Positions 19,587-29,582 of a stretch of 64,000 nucleotides of DNA are shown here, piece by piece. Within the stretch, counting starts at the first letter, position 1; each line of letters starts with the position of its first letter. The stretch lies in contig JBOGKQ010000003.1 in assembly GCA_050747905.1 (NCBI GenBank), positions 60,801-124,800 of the forward strand. The letters are read 5' to 3'. The stretch comes from Terriglobales bacterium. GTDB lineage: Bacteria > Acidobacteriota > Terriglobia > Terriglobales > SCQP01. The notes beneath the pieces were generated by a model. It saw nothing but the letters and a program-made list of their open reading frames with translations. It did no database searches and was not told the origin of the DNA. Both the position numbers and the translations under genes were made by a program.

Positions 19587-20864
19587 CTACAAAAACAATC
19601 GCAGGTCGCGCAAATTGTTGCCGGTCGGGCCGGTGCGCACCAGCGCCCCGGCCGCCGCCAGTGCGGGGTGGGCATCCTGGCGGCCCAGGTGATCCGCCGG
19701 ATCGAGGCCGGCGGCACGGATGCGCGCGGCGGTCTGGCCATCCACGCAGGCGCCGGCGGCGGCGCTGGAGCCATCCACACCGTCGGTGCCGGCGGAAAGG
19801 AAACAATTCGTGCTGCCTTCCAGCGCCAGCGCCAGGCGTAGCGCCAAGTTCTGGTTTCGACCGCCGCGGCCGTGGCCCTCTTGCAGGTGCACGCGCACCT
19901 CGCCCCCGGCCACGAGCGCCGCGCGCGGGTGGGCTGCGCGCAGTTTTCGCCATCGTCCCAATAGGTAGTCCGCCGCGGCGGGTTCGTCCAGCTCGTCGGC
20001 CGCGTGGTCCACGACCACCGGATCGCGGCCGGCGGCACGCGCGGCCGCTGCCAGCGCCTCACATGCATCGCGGTTGTCGGCGAGGCAGTGCCAGTGGGCG
20101 CAGGCAAAGGCGGCGTCGCCGGGCTTCGGCGTTTCCGGATACCGCTCTGGCTCGCCCGGCAGCCAACGTCGCCAGACAGCCTCAAAGTCCGCCTGCGTGG
20201 TCGCGTCCGGACAGGTGGGCCCCGAGGCGACATCGCTCCATGCGCCCGGCGGGACATCGGAGAGAATCCAGGTCTGTTGCGCGGCGGCGCCGGCAGCGGC
20301 AGCCAGCCGCCCGCCCTTGATGGCCGAACGGTGCTTGCGGATGCAGTTGATGTCGCCGATGCCGGCGCCGCTCGCCACCAACTGCCGGTTCAGCCAGCGC
20401 AATCGCTCCAGATCACCCGCGAGTGGAACTTCCATCAATGCCGACCCGCCGCCGGAAATCAGCGCCACCAAGCGGCGCTGACCCGGCTCGGCAGCGCACC
20501 AGTGCGCCGCCGCTAGCGCCGCCGCTCCAGCCTCCAGGCTTGAGGCATCGGGCTCCGGATGCGCGGCGACGATGACGTACAAGTGTTTGTCCCAGCGCGC
20601 CAGCACGTCCAGCGGCAGTCCGGGCGCGCCGTGAGGTCGCACCAGCAAGACCGAAGAGACGGGGCCTGGCGGCGCCTCTAGCCAAGCAGTTAGCATGGAT
20701 CCTGCCGCTTTGCCCAAGGCGATCACCGCGTCCTGAGTGAGCGAACGCGGCGCGGCATCAAGACGCGTGCGCAACAGCGGCTGGGGGTTCAAAGCGGCCA
20801 GGGCTTGCGCAAAACACTGCCGCGCCAGCGTGCAGCCGCCTCCACGCTCAACCGGCGCCGCCAA
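19587..20864 (-). CDS. Glycerate 2-kinase (DUF4147/MOFRL)
   Basis: ISGGGSAL, KHRSAIKGG, GGRNQ, GTDGVDG, TGPTGNNLRDL; start uncertain. Confidence 0.88.
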   Translation of the reverse strand: MAAPVERGGGCTLARQCFAQALAALNPQPLLRTRLDAAPRSLTQDAVIALGKAAGSMLTAWLEAPPGPVSSVLLVRPHGAPGLPLDVLARWDKHLYVIVAAHPEPDASSLEAGAAALAAAHWCAAEPGQRRLVALISGGGSALMEVPLAGDLERLRWLNRQLVASGAGIGDINCIRKHRSAIKGGRLAAAAGAAAQQTWILSDVPPGAWSDVASGPTCPDATTQADFEAVWRRWLPGEPERYPETPKPGDAAFACAHWHCLADNRDACEALAAAARAAGRDPVVVDHAADELDEPAAADYLLGRWRKLRAAHPRAALVAGGEVRVHLQEGHGRGGRNQNLALRLALALEGSTNCFLSAGTDGVDGSSAAAGACVDGQTAARIRAAGLDPADHLGRQDAHPALAAAGALVRTGPTGNNLRDLRLFL

Positions 20865-21147
20865 CGAGGGAATCCACTTCAGCCAGCAACTGCCGTACCA
20901 GCTCGGCAATGCGGCTCCAGTTGTCGTCTTTTTCCGCCGCCTCAATCTGCGCCAGCAGCCGCTTGAGCAGGGCGACCGCGCTGGCGTGCTCGGCACCCAA
21001 GGTGGCGAGGGCACGTCGGCTGGCGCGCAAGCGCGCCGCCCGCTTCAGCTTTCCTGGCGTGGAGGTGCCTTCACGCTCATAGTCGGCAATTTGCGTGCGC
21101 ACGGCAATGAGCGTGGGTTTCCACTCAGGGGCGACGTGCAGGGGCAC
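20848..21147 (-). CDS. Hypothetical ~99-aa helical protein
   Basis: Coding-like ORF, CATAAT 7 nt before GTG, overlaps glycerate kinase start. Confidence 0.55.
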   Translation of the reverse strand: MPLHVAPEWKPTLIAVRTQIADYEREGTSTPGKLKRAARLRASRRALATLGAEHASAVALLKRLLAQIEAAEKDDNWSRIAELVRQLLAEVDSLVGGAG

Positions 21148-21184
21148 TGTTGCTATTATGGGCGAAATGGGAGCCCCGCGCAGC

Positions 21185-21526
21185 ATTGACTGGCGCGGGC
21201 CCCAGCGCGGCTGCGCCGCGCGCCCCGCTTATGCTCGCGTGGGGTTGGGGGCCCCTGGCCCCAACCCCACGCTGCGCCTCGCCGGGCGAGGGGTCGCGCC
21301 GTTTGCACCGTGGGCAAAATCGACGCGAAAGCCGCGGCACCGAGTGAGGCGGCCCGCCCCCGGTGGGTAAGCCGCGCGGCCCCCCACCGGCAGCCGCCTG
21401 GCCGCCCGAGCCCCGCGCCTATCATTGGAAGCGCCTGCGTTTTTCCCCGGGGGCGCTCGCCCGTTCCGAATTGCGCAACCCTTCGCGCCGATTTTGCCGG
21501 CGGTGCAAGGCGGTGCGCCCCCCGCA
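21185..21526 (-). repeat. Modular palindromic element, copy C (terminal module present twice, inverted)
   Basis: Inverted terminal module ~21288-21330 and direct one ~21455-21526. Confidence 0.9.
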
Positions 21527-21567
21527 TCCGGTATACCCCGTGAGGCTACGGCGAGGCTGGTATCGCT

Positions 21568-22170
21568 TTAGCGGAGGCTGGAGGCAGGCGTATGCTCGCC
21601 GCTACTGGCGGCCACAAGCAAACGGACACTGTCAGCCAACTCGGCAATGCAATGCAGCCGCTGCACCAGCACGGGCGGCAGGCGCCGCAACTCCGCACTC
21701 TGGTCGGCGGCGAGTTGGGCATTGCCAAGCAGGCCGGTGAGGGCATTGTTGAGCGCCGCCCGCAGTTGCCCAGGCGCCGGCGGGGGCGGGGCAGCGGTAC
21801 GCCGAGCGCGCAAATAGGCGGCGGCGAGGTGTTGCTGGAGAATAAACGCCAGGGCGGATGCGGGCAGCGAACGATCGAGAAAGTCGACCACAGGGCCGGG
21901 CAAGCTGGTCACCGGTGGGAGTCCGGCCGGCAGCAGCGGAGGCTCGCCCAGCCACAACACCGGAACTGGAACACCGTCTTGGACCGGATGAACACTGACG
22001 GCGGGGAACTCGCGCGCGTCCAGCAACAATAGGCGCCAGATGCGCAACGGCCAGATCGCGTCCGCGGTGGCAACGGACAACTCCAGCCGCGCCGCTGGCA
22101 GCGGCAGCGCGCGGCGGAGGCGGGCCGCCAGTTCGGTGTCACGGCTGATCAACAGCAGGTCGTGCCTCAC
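21568..22170 (-). CDS. Degenerate receiver-like + HisKA-like protein lacking the phospho-His
   Basis: LLLLDARE..VPVLWL..DFLD; AALNNALTGLLGNAQL vs canonical HELNNPLT. Confidence 0.55.
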   Translation of the reverse strand: MRHDLLLISRDTELAARLRRALPLPAARLELSVATADAIWPLRIWRLLLLDAREFPAVSVHPVQDGVPVPVLWLGEPPLLPAGLPPVTSLPGPVVDFLDRSLPASALAFILQQHLAAAYLRARRTAAPPPPAPGQLRAALNNALTGLLGNAQLAADQSAELRRLPPVLVQRLHCIAELADSVRLLVAASSGEHTPASSLR

Positions 22171-23579
22171 TGCATGCCTCCGGTTCCGCCTGCAGCACGA
22201 CTGGCCTGGGCGGCGTCGTAAGCGTATTCCTTCAACTTGCGATAGAGCGTCGTTTTGCCGATACCGAGCAGCCGAGCGGCTTGGATTTTATCTCCCCGCA
22301 CATGCGACAGTGCGGCGTAGATGGCATCGCGTTCCATCGCTGCGATCGGCCGCACGGGGGTGTCGTTCGCGACGGGCACAGGCAGCGGCCGGATAGTTTG
22401 CAGATAGCTGGGCAGATCGGCCACCTCGAGACGGTTGCCACCTGCCAACGCCAGCGTCCGCTCGACGCAATTTTCCAGCTCGCGCACGTTGCCGGGCCAT
22501 TCATAGCTGAGCAAACGTTGCATCGCGTCCTCGCTGAATACCTTCGGCAGCGCTCCCGGTGGGGCGGCTCGTTCCAGAAAATGGTCCACCAGCATCGGGA
22601 TATCCAGGGTGCGCTCACGCAGGGGCGGGAGCCTGATGCTGATGACGTTCAGGCGGAAGAACAAATCCTTGCGGAACGTGCCGTTGGCAACCGCCGCCTG
22701 CAGATCACGATTGGTGGCGGCAATGATGCGGACATCAATCTTGATCCGTCGCGTACCCCCGACCGGCCGGATCTCCTTCTCCTGGAGCGCCCGCAGCAGC
22801 TTCACTTGCATGTCGGTGGGTAATTCGCCAATTTCATCTAGAAACACCGTCCCATCGTGTGCCACCTCGAGCAGGCCTTGGTGATTCTGACTGGCGCCGG
22901 TGAAGGCGCCTTTGACATGGCCAAACAACTCACTTTCCATGAGAGAGGGCACCCAAGCTCCGCAATCCACAGGCAGGAAAGGGCGATCGCGCTCCGGGCC
23001 AGTATAGTGCAGGGCGCGCGCCACCACCTCTTTGCCGGTGCCGCTCTCTCCCAGAATCAATACCGAATAGCGGCTTTGTGCCACCTTGCCGATCAGACGA
23101 AAGACTCGCTGCATCACGGACGATGCGCCAATCAAGTTGCCTGCGGCATAGGGCCCGCGCGCCGCCAGGCGCTGGCCCCGCGCCCCACGGTCGAGCAGTG
23201 CCTGCCGCACGCAGCTTTGCAGCAGCAGGCGGAGCTCTTCCACCTCGAACGGCTTGGCCAGGTAGTCGGAAGCCCCCAACTTCATCGCCTCGACCGCCAT
23301 GCCCACCGTTGCATACGCGGTCATGAGCAGGACAGGGACCGATGGCCAAGCCTGACGCACGCGCTGGAGTAACTCGACCCCGGTTAAGTCGGGCAACTGC
23401 ACGTCGCTTACCACCACATCGGGCGGATCCTGTTCAAACGCACGCAGCACCTCCTCGCCGCTGCTCACGCTTGTGGCCCGATAGCCCAGTTGGGTAGCAA
23501 CGCTCTGGCAGATTTCCCGCACGACCTCCTGCGTGTCGGCAATCAAGATGTGGGGTACGACGGCAACGGGCGTGGGCAT
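22167..23579 (-). CDS. Sigma54-dependent response regulator (NtrC/Fis family)
   Basis: Receiver SDVQLP, GESGTGKE, GAFTGA, HTH LLGIGKTTLYRKL. Confidence 0.93.
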   Translation of the reverse strand: MPTPVAVVPHILIADTQEVVREICQSVATQLGYRATSVSSGEEVLRAFEQDPPDVVVSDVQLPDLTGVELLQRVRQAWPSVPVLLMTAYATVGMAVEAMKLGASDYLAKPFEVEELRLLLQSCVRQALLDRGARGQRLAARGPYAAGNLIGASSVMQRVFRLIGKVAQSRYSVLILGESGTGKEVVARALHYTGPERDRPFLPVDCGAWVPSLMESELFGHVKGAFTGASQNHQGLLEVAHDGTVFLDEIGELPTDMQVKLLRALQEKEIRPVGGTRRIKIDVRIIAATNRDLQAAVANGTFRKDLFFRLNVISIRLPPLRERTLDIPMLVDHFLERAAPPGALPKVFSEDAMQRLLSYEWPGNVRELENCVERTLALAGGNRLEVADLPSYLQTIRPLPVPVANDTPVRPIAAMERDAIYAALSHVRGDKIQAARLLGIGKTTLYRKLKEYAYDAAQASRAAGGTGGMQ

Positions 23580-23606
23580 GGGGTGCTTCCTTTCCAACCC
23601 CGTACC

Positions 23607-23622
23607 TGCAGGCGCCGTGCCA
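23607..23622 (-). promoter_or_regulatory. Sigma54 -24/-12 promoter of the sigma54 regulator
   Basis: TGGCACGGCGCCTGCA vs TGGCACG-N4-TTGCW; SD-like AGGAAG then ATG downstream. Confidence 0.7.
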
Positions 23623-23758
23623 AACCCGAGGGGCATCGGAAACCGTGGCGCATGCGGTTGTAAATGCAGCCTTTGGGCGCGCTCGCTCGCACCAGGCACG
23701 ATACCGACCCCGTCGCCGCCGGGTCCAAATTGGGAACCGTGTTCCCTAAATGGAGCGC

Positions 23759-25801
23759 CTAGGGTTCCGGATTGGAACCTCCGGCGGATTGATGGCGGCG
23801 GCTCGGACCCTCCGGTTGCGTTTGCGGCAGTGTTGGAGCCAGGCGGGCTTCGGACTCGACGGCAGGAGACAGATGGACCGCTTGCCAGTGGTCGCCGCCG
23901 TCGCGGGAGCAGAAGGTCAGACCAACGGTGGCGGCGAAAGCATAGATGCCGTCGGGACGGATCTGAACTGAGCGGATATTGAGAGCGGGCAACCCATGAC
24001 CACTGCGGATCCAGTGCGCACCCTCGTCATGGGACTGATACAGGCCGGCGGTCGTGGCGGCCAGCAGCAGCGAAGGAGAGCCGGCCAGGGGGGCCAAGGC
24101 GAGCTGGTTAATGCGGGCGCTCTGGGCGCCGTCAAGCGAGAGGCGTCCGGAAAGGAAATGCCGCCCGCCATCGTCGCTGCGTAACACGTAGCCATCGCCG
24201 GCGATCCACAGCCAAGTGGAGCCGGCAGCCGGCTGCGGCGCTGCCAGTACGCGATAGAGCGGAGCCGGCGCGTTGCGCAGCAGAGACCACTGCAAGCCTC
24301 CGTCCCCACTGTAGTAGAGGCCCAGCTGCCCCGACGCCCACACTTGGGGCGAGCCCGGAGCTAGGCTGGCGATGGCATAGAGGGCACCGCGGGGCCACCG
24401 ATGATGCGGCTGTTGCCAACCCTTGGCGCGGCGCCGCGGGCCGCCGGAGGCGGGCAGCAAGTACAGACCCGCACGGGTGGCGGCGAGCAGGCCCTGTGAC
24501 GACCAGCACAGGCCCAAAGCCTCGGCGCGGTCGGGCAAAGGAGGCAATTGGTGCCAGGCAGCGTCCGAGGTTTGGAGGAAAACACCGCCCCACGTCTGGT
24601 CGCCGGTGACAGCCAGGTAGCGCCCGGCTGGCCCGATAGCAACGGCGGCCACGTGGCGGCTGGAAAAGCCCTGGTTGGAAGGTTGGAAGCTGGCGCCGCC
24701 GTCCTCGGAGGCGATCACACCAGCGAAGTTAGTACCCAGCAGAAGCCGGTGCGGTAGCGGCAGGACGGCGTTGATGCTCAATTGCGGCGAGGTGATGCGG
24801 CGCCAGTTGGCGCCACGGTTGTGGCTCACCCACAGGCCCTGGGTGGTGCCGGCGTAGATGGTGGCGGGGGCGTACGGGTCTTGCACGATGGCGGGCGTGC
24901 GCCGTGCCGAATAGGGAATACCCTGAATCTTCAGGAAATGGTTGCCGCGGTCCTGGCTGCGGTAAATGCCCGAACAGGCGCTCAGGTAGAGGGTCGCCGG
25001 ATTCTGCCGGTCCACGGTGATCGAGAACACGTCCGAGTCGTCAATCACACCTTGGCGCATTTGCCACCAGTCGTGGCCGCCGTTGACGGTTTTCCAAGGC
25101 AGATGCCACGTGCCGACGTAGATCTCCTGGGGGTTATGCGGCGAAATGGCCACCGACTCGACATTTTCGAGCTCGGGGTCGTGAGGTGGCGAGATGCGGT
25201 TCCAGGTTTGGCCTCCGTTCAGGCTGCGATAGACGCCGTCGAGGGCGGCGGCGATGAGGATACGGGGGTCGGAGGGCGCCAGCGCCAGCGCCCGGACGGC
25301 GTGGCCCAGCCACAGCGGCTGCCAGTTGCGCCCCTCATCGGCGGAGGCGAACACACCTCCGTTGCGGTCGGTCCAGCTCCACAGCGAGGCGTACCAGTGA
25401 CCCGGCCGAGCAGGGTCGGCTGTCAGCGAGGAGATGACCCAGTCCTCATGGTTGCCGATATGGCTGAAAAACTTCCAGCGCATACCAGCATCGGTGGAAC
25501 GGAACACGGCGCCCGTGGCGGTGCCGAGCAGCACGGTTTGAGGATGGGCGGAATCGGCGGCCAGAACGCGCACGGTACCGCCGGGTGGGGTGGCCGACAG
25601 GACCGGCGCCTGCGCAACCAGCGAGCTGGCGGCCGCGACGACAGTCAGGAGTGCCCGGGCGAGGTGGCCCAGCTGGCCCCGGGGCTGGGGCCGCGTTAAT
25701 TTCGCAGCCCTTCGCGCCGATTTTGCCCACGGAGCAAGGCGGTGCGACACCCGCGAGCGGACGCGCCAGGCGTCTCCGGGTTGCCGCGCCGAACGAATCA
25801 T
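23759..25801 (-). CDS. Secreted BNR/Asp-box (YCF48-like) beta-propeller protein
   Basis: Repeated S-x-D-x-G-x-x-W boxes; TACAAT 9 nt before ATG 25801. Confidence 0.8.
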   Translation of the reverse strand: MIRSARQPGDAWRVRSRVSHRLAPWAKSARRAAKLTRPQPRGQLGHLARALLTVVAAASSLVAQAPVLSATPPGGTVRVLAADSAHPQTVLLGTATGAVFRSTDAGMRWKFFSHIGNHEDWVISSLTADPARPGHWYASLWSWTDRNGGVFASADEGRNWQPLWLGHAVRALALAPSDPRILIAAALDGVYRSLNGGQTWNRISPPHDPELENVESVAISPHNPQEIYVGTWHLPWKTVNGGHDWWQMRQGVIDDSDVFSITVDRQNPATLYLSACSGIYRSQDRGNHFLKIQGIPYSARRTPAIVQDPYAPATIYAGTTQGLWVSHNRGANWRRITSPQLSINAVLPLPHRLLLGTNFAGVIASEDGGASFQPSNQGFSSRHVAAVAIGPAGRYLAVTGDQTWGGVFLQTSDAAWHQLPPLPDRAEALGLCWSSQGLLAATRAGLYLLPASGGPRRRAKGWQQPHHRWPRGALYAIASLAPGSPQVWASGQLGLYYSGDGGLQWSLLRNAPAPLYRVLAAPQPAAGSTWLWIAGDGYVLRSDDGGRHFLSGRLSLDGAQSARINQLALAPLAGSPSLLLAATTAGLYQSHDEGAHWIRSGHGLPALNIRSVQIRPDGIYAFAATVGLTFCSRDGGDHWQAVHLSPAVESEARLAPTLPQTQPEGPSRRHQSAGGSNPEP
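25675..25756 (-). repeat. Modular palindromic element, copy D, inside the 5' coding region
   Basis: GGCCCCGGGGCTGGGGCCGCG..AATTTCGCAGCCCTTCGCGCCGATTTTGCCCACGGAGCAAGGCGGTGCGAC; encodes RLAPWAKSARRAAKLTRPQPRG. Confidence 0.88.
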
Positions 25802-25899
25802 GACGGGGACATTGTAGCCAGTTGCAGAGAGGAAAAGCTCCAGCGGCGGCCTGAAGACCGCGGCTGGGTTTCCCCAATCGGGCGCGGTGGCGCCCTACG

Positions 25900-27957
25900 C
25901 TAGTGCTTTACGACGCTCTCATCGAACGGAACGCCGGCACCAGTATAGCTGGCGCCCTGGGGCACGATCCACACCTCGGCCTGATGCGGGCCGTCGGCCT
26001 GGCGTACCTCGATGCGGTCGCTGGCGATGCCTTTTTCGTTAACCAAATACTGTTTGGCATGCACCGCACGCTCTTCGGCCAGCCGCACCGTGGCCTCAGC
26101 CGACAGCGGCCGCCGGCGCTGCACTTCCGACGAGGTGGCGTAGCCGACGATCACCGCCTTGGCGGAGGCATCCTGCTGTAGCCGCAGGGCGACATCGTCG
26201 AGGGCGGCTTTGGCGACATTGTCCACACGCGAGCTGTTGGGCTTGAACTGGAATGTGGTTGCCAGCGACGCTTGCGGCGGCGGTGGTGGGGTTTGGATGG
26301 TTGCGCCGGCCGAACAACTGGCGGAAAGGCCGCGGTCGTCGGTGACGGTCAGGCGCCCGGTAACCGAACCCGGCGTGGCACCGGTGGTGTCCAGATGTAC
26401 GGTGGCCTGCGAGGTGCTGTCGAGGTGACCGGCGCTGGCGGGTTCCACCGTCCAGGCGTAGGTCAGGGGGCGGTTATCGGGACTGGATGCCTCGCCTGTG
26501 AGGGTCAGCGATCCGCCCGGCAGCACCGAGTCCGGGCTGACCGAGCAGGAGGCAGTGGGCGGGTGCCGCACGGGCTCGCGCACTTCCACCGAAGTCGAGC
26601 AGGAAGCGGTCTGGCCGGCAGCGTTGCTCAGCTTGCCCGTGATGGTGTACAGGCCGGGATTCAAGCCGGTGGTATCCAACGTCGCGGAGCCGCCATTGGG
26701 CGTCAGTTGGCCGCCGGTCGTGATCCAAGTGTAGGTATAAGTCTGGCCCTCGGGACTGACCGTAGAGGAGATCTGCACGCTGGTGCCCGGCTGCACGGGG
26801 CTCTGGTCGACCTGGCAGGCCAGCGTCGGCGGCGGCGGCGGCGGGGCCGGATGCGCAACCGGCGGACCAAAGCTCAAGCCGAACACAAAGCCGCTGGCAT
26901 TGGAGGCGGGCGAATTGCCGGCGAAGCGGTAGCCAGCGTTGATGCCCATCCAGGAAAGCGGGTTAAAGCGGATGCCGCCGGTAAGGTCGAGCGGCGCGGG
27001 CTGACCCAGGAACGGATCCGTGCTAACCGGGTTGGCACCAGCGCCAAAGTATTTGCTGCCGGCCAGCTCTACGATGCCCTGCAAGCGGCTGCGCAGCGGG
27101 AAGATTTCGCCGAAGCCCCAGTTGAATTGGTCTTGCAGAGGCAGGTACACGCCGTTCTTGTTTACCGTGCCGTTGTGCTGATACCCAAAATTGCCAACCA
27201 TCTCGCCGCCCGTGCCGATGCGCTTATCGAGCAACACGTTATATTCAAACCAGGGCTCCGTGGTGGTGACGCCATATAAAAGCGCGCCCTGGGTGAACCC
27301 CGTATGGTAAGGAACGTGCTCGCCGAACTGCAGGCCCAAGCCAAATTTATCGCCGCGGTCCTGGGAGAGCAGTCCGACGGTAGCGCCCAGGCTCCAATCA
27401 GCGGCGCCATGCAGTAAGGCGTTGCGCGCGAAGGGTGCCTCAGGATTGAAGCTGCCGAGGGTGCCCATAGGGCCGAAGGTCAACTGCTCGGGGTGGGTGA
27501 GGCGCACGCGCCGATAGGGCGTGGTGGCGAACGTCAACTCCAGCCAACGGGTGATACCGACGGTCCAGCCGGTATTCACGTCAGTGAATACCAGACCACC
27601 GGGTGAGCGCGAATAGCGCTGCAAGTACGCGCCCGAGCTGACTTGGCCGGGCGCCAGCGTCTCGGCGAATTGCGTGCCCCACAAACCCGGGGTGCCCGCC
27701 AGTGAGCCCTGCATCTGGCTGGGAATAAAGCTGCCGCTGTCGGCGGTGGCGGCCTGCGCCGCGGCGGCAAAGGCCTCAAAGGGGTTGGGCAGCGGCGTGG
27801 CCGCAACCGTATCCAGATGTAATCCGGCGGCGGGCAGGGCCGCTCCCGGCCCGCCATCGGGCGGGGTCGCCCACAGCGCCGTCCCGGCCACCGAAACCAT
27901 CACGGCAAGAGCAAAGCTCCTGCCAATCGGCATCCATGATCCTGCACGTACGTTCAT
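25900..27957 (-). CDS. OmpA-family outer-membrane protein with two Ig/PKD-like domains
   Basis: Signal peptide, barrel-like region, polyPro linker, two Cys-bounded Ig repeats, C-terminal NSSRVDNVAKAALDDVA. Confidence 0.85.
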   Translation of the reverse strand: MNVRAGSWMPIGRSFALAVMVSVAGTALWATPPDGGPGAALPAAGLHLDTVAATPLPNPFEAFAAAAQAATADSGSFIPSQMQGSLAGTPGLWGTQFAETLAPGQVSSGAYLQRYSRSPGGLVFTDVNTGWTVGITRWLELTFATTPYRRVRLTHPEQLTFGPMGTLGSFNPEAPFARNALLHGAADWSLGATVGLLSQDRGDKFGLGLQFGEHVPYHTGFTQGALLYGVTTTEPWFEYNVLLDKRIGTGGEMVGNFGYQHNGTVNKNGVYLPLQDQFNWGFGEIFPLRSRLQGIVELAGSKYFGAGANPVSTDPFLGQPAPLDLTGGIRFNPLSWMGINAGYRFAGNSPASNASGFVFGLSFGPPVAHPAPPPPPPTLACQVDQSPVQPGTSVQISSTVSPEGQTYTYTWITTGGQLTPNGGSATLDTTGLNPGLYTITGKLSNAAGQTASCSTSVEVREPVRHPPTASCSVSPDSVLPGGSLTLTGEASSPDNRPLTYAWTVEPASAGHLDSTSQATVHLDTTGATPGSVTGRLTVTDDRGLSASCSAGATIQTPPPPPQASLATTFQFKPNSSRVDNVAKAALDDVALRLQQDASAKAVIVGYATSSEVQRRRPLSAEATVRLAEERAVHAKQYLVNEKGIASDRIEVRQADGPHQAEVWIVPQGASYTGAGVPFDESVVKH

Positions 27958-28226
27958 CGTTCTCATGCCTCCTTGCAAGGGGGAGCCTGCAAGACACATC
28001 CACCGAAAAGCGGGAGTTGTCCCGTAGAGCGGGGGCTGCGCGGTAATGCTCCACTGTGACTTACGTTGGTTTTATTGTACATGACCGTGGAATATTTTGC
28101 CCATAACCTCCTCCAGAATTACTGTTATTCGAGAGATTCCGTTCCCCTATTCCGATTCCTGCACGGCTTGTGTCAGCGTGGTGGCGGCGGTCCTGCAGTC
28201 CAGCTCAGGGCTGCTAAAGTGGAGGC

Positions 28227-29567
<1,341 letters not shown>

Positions 29568-29582
29568 GCGCGCGGTTCGCCG

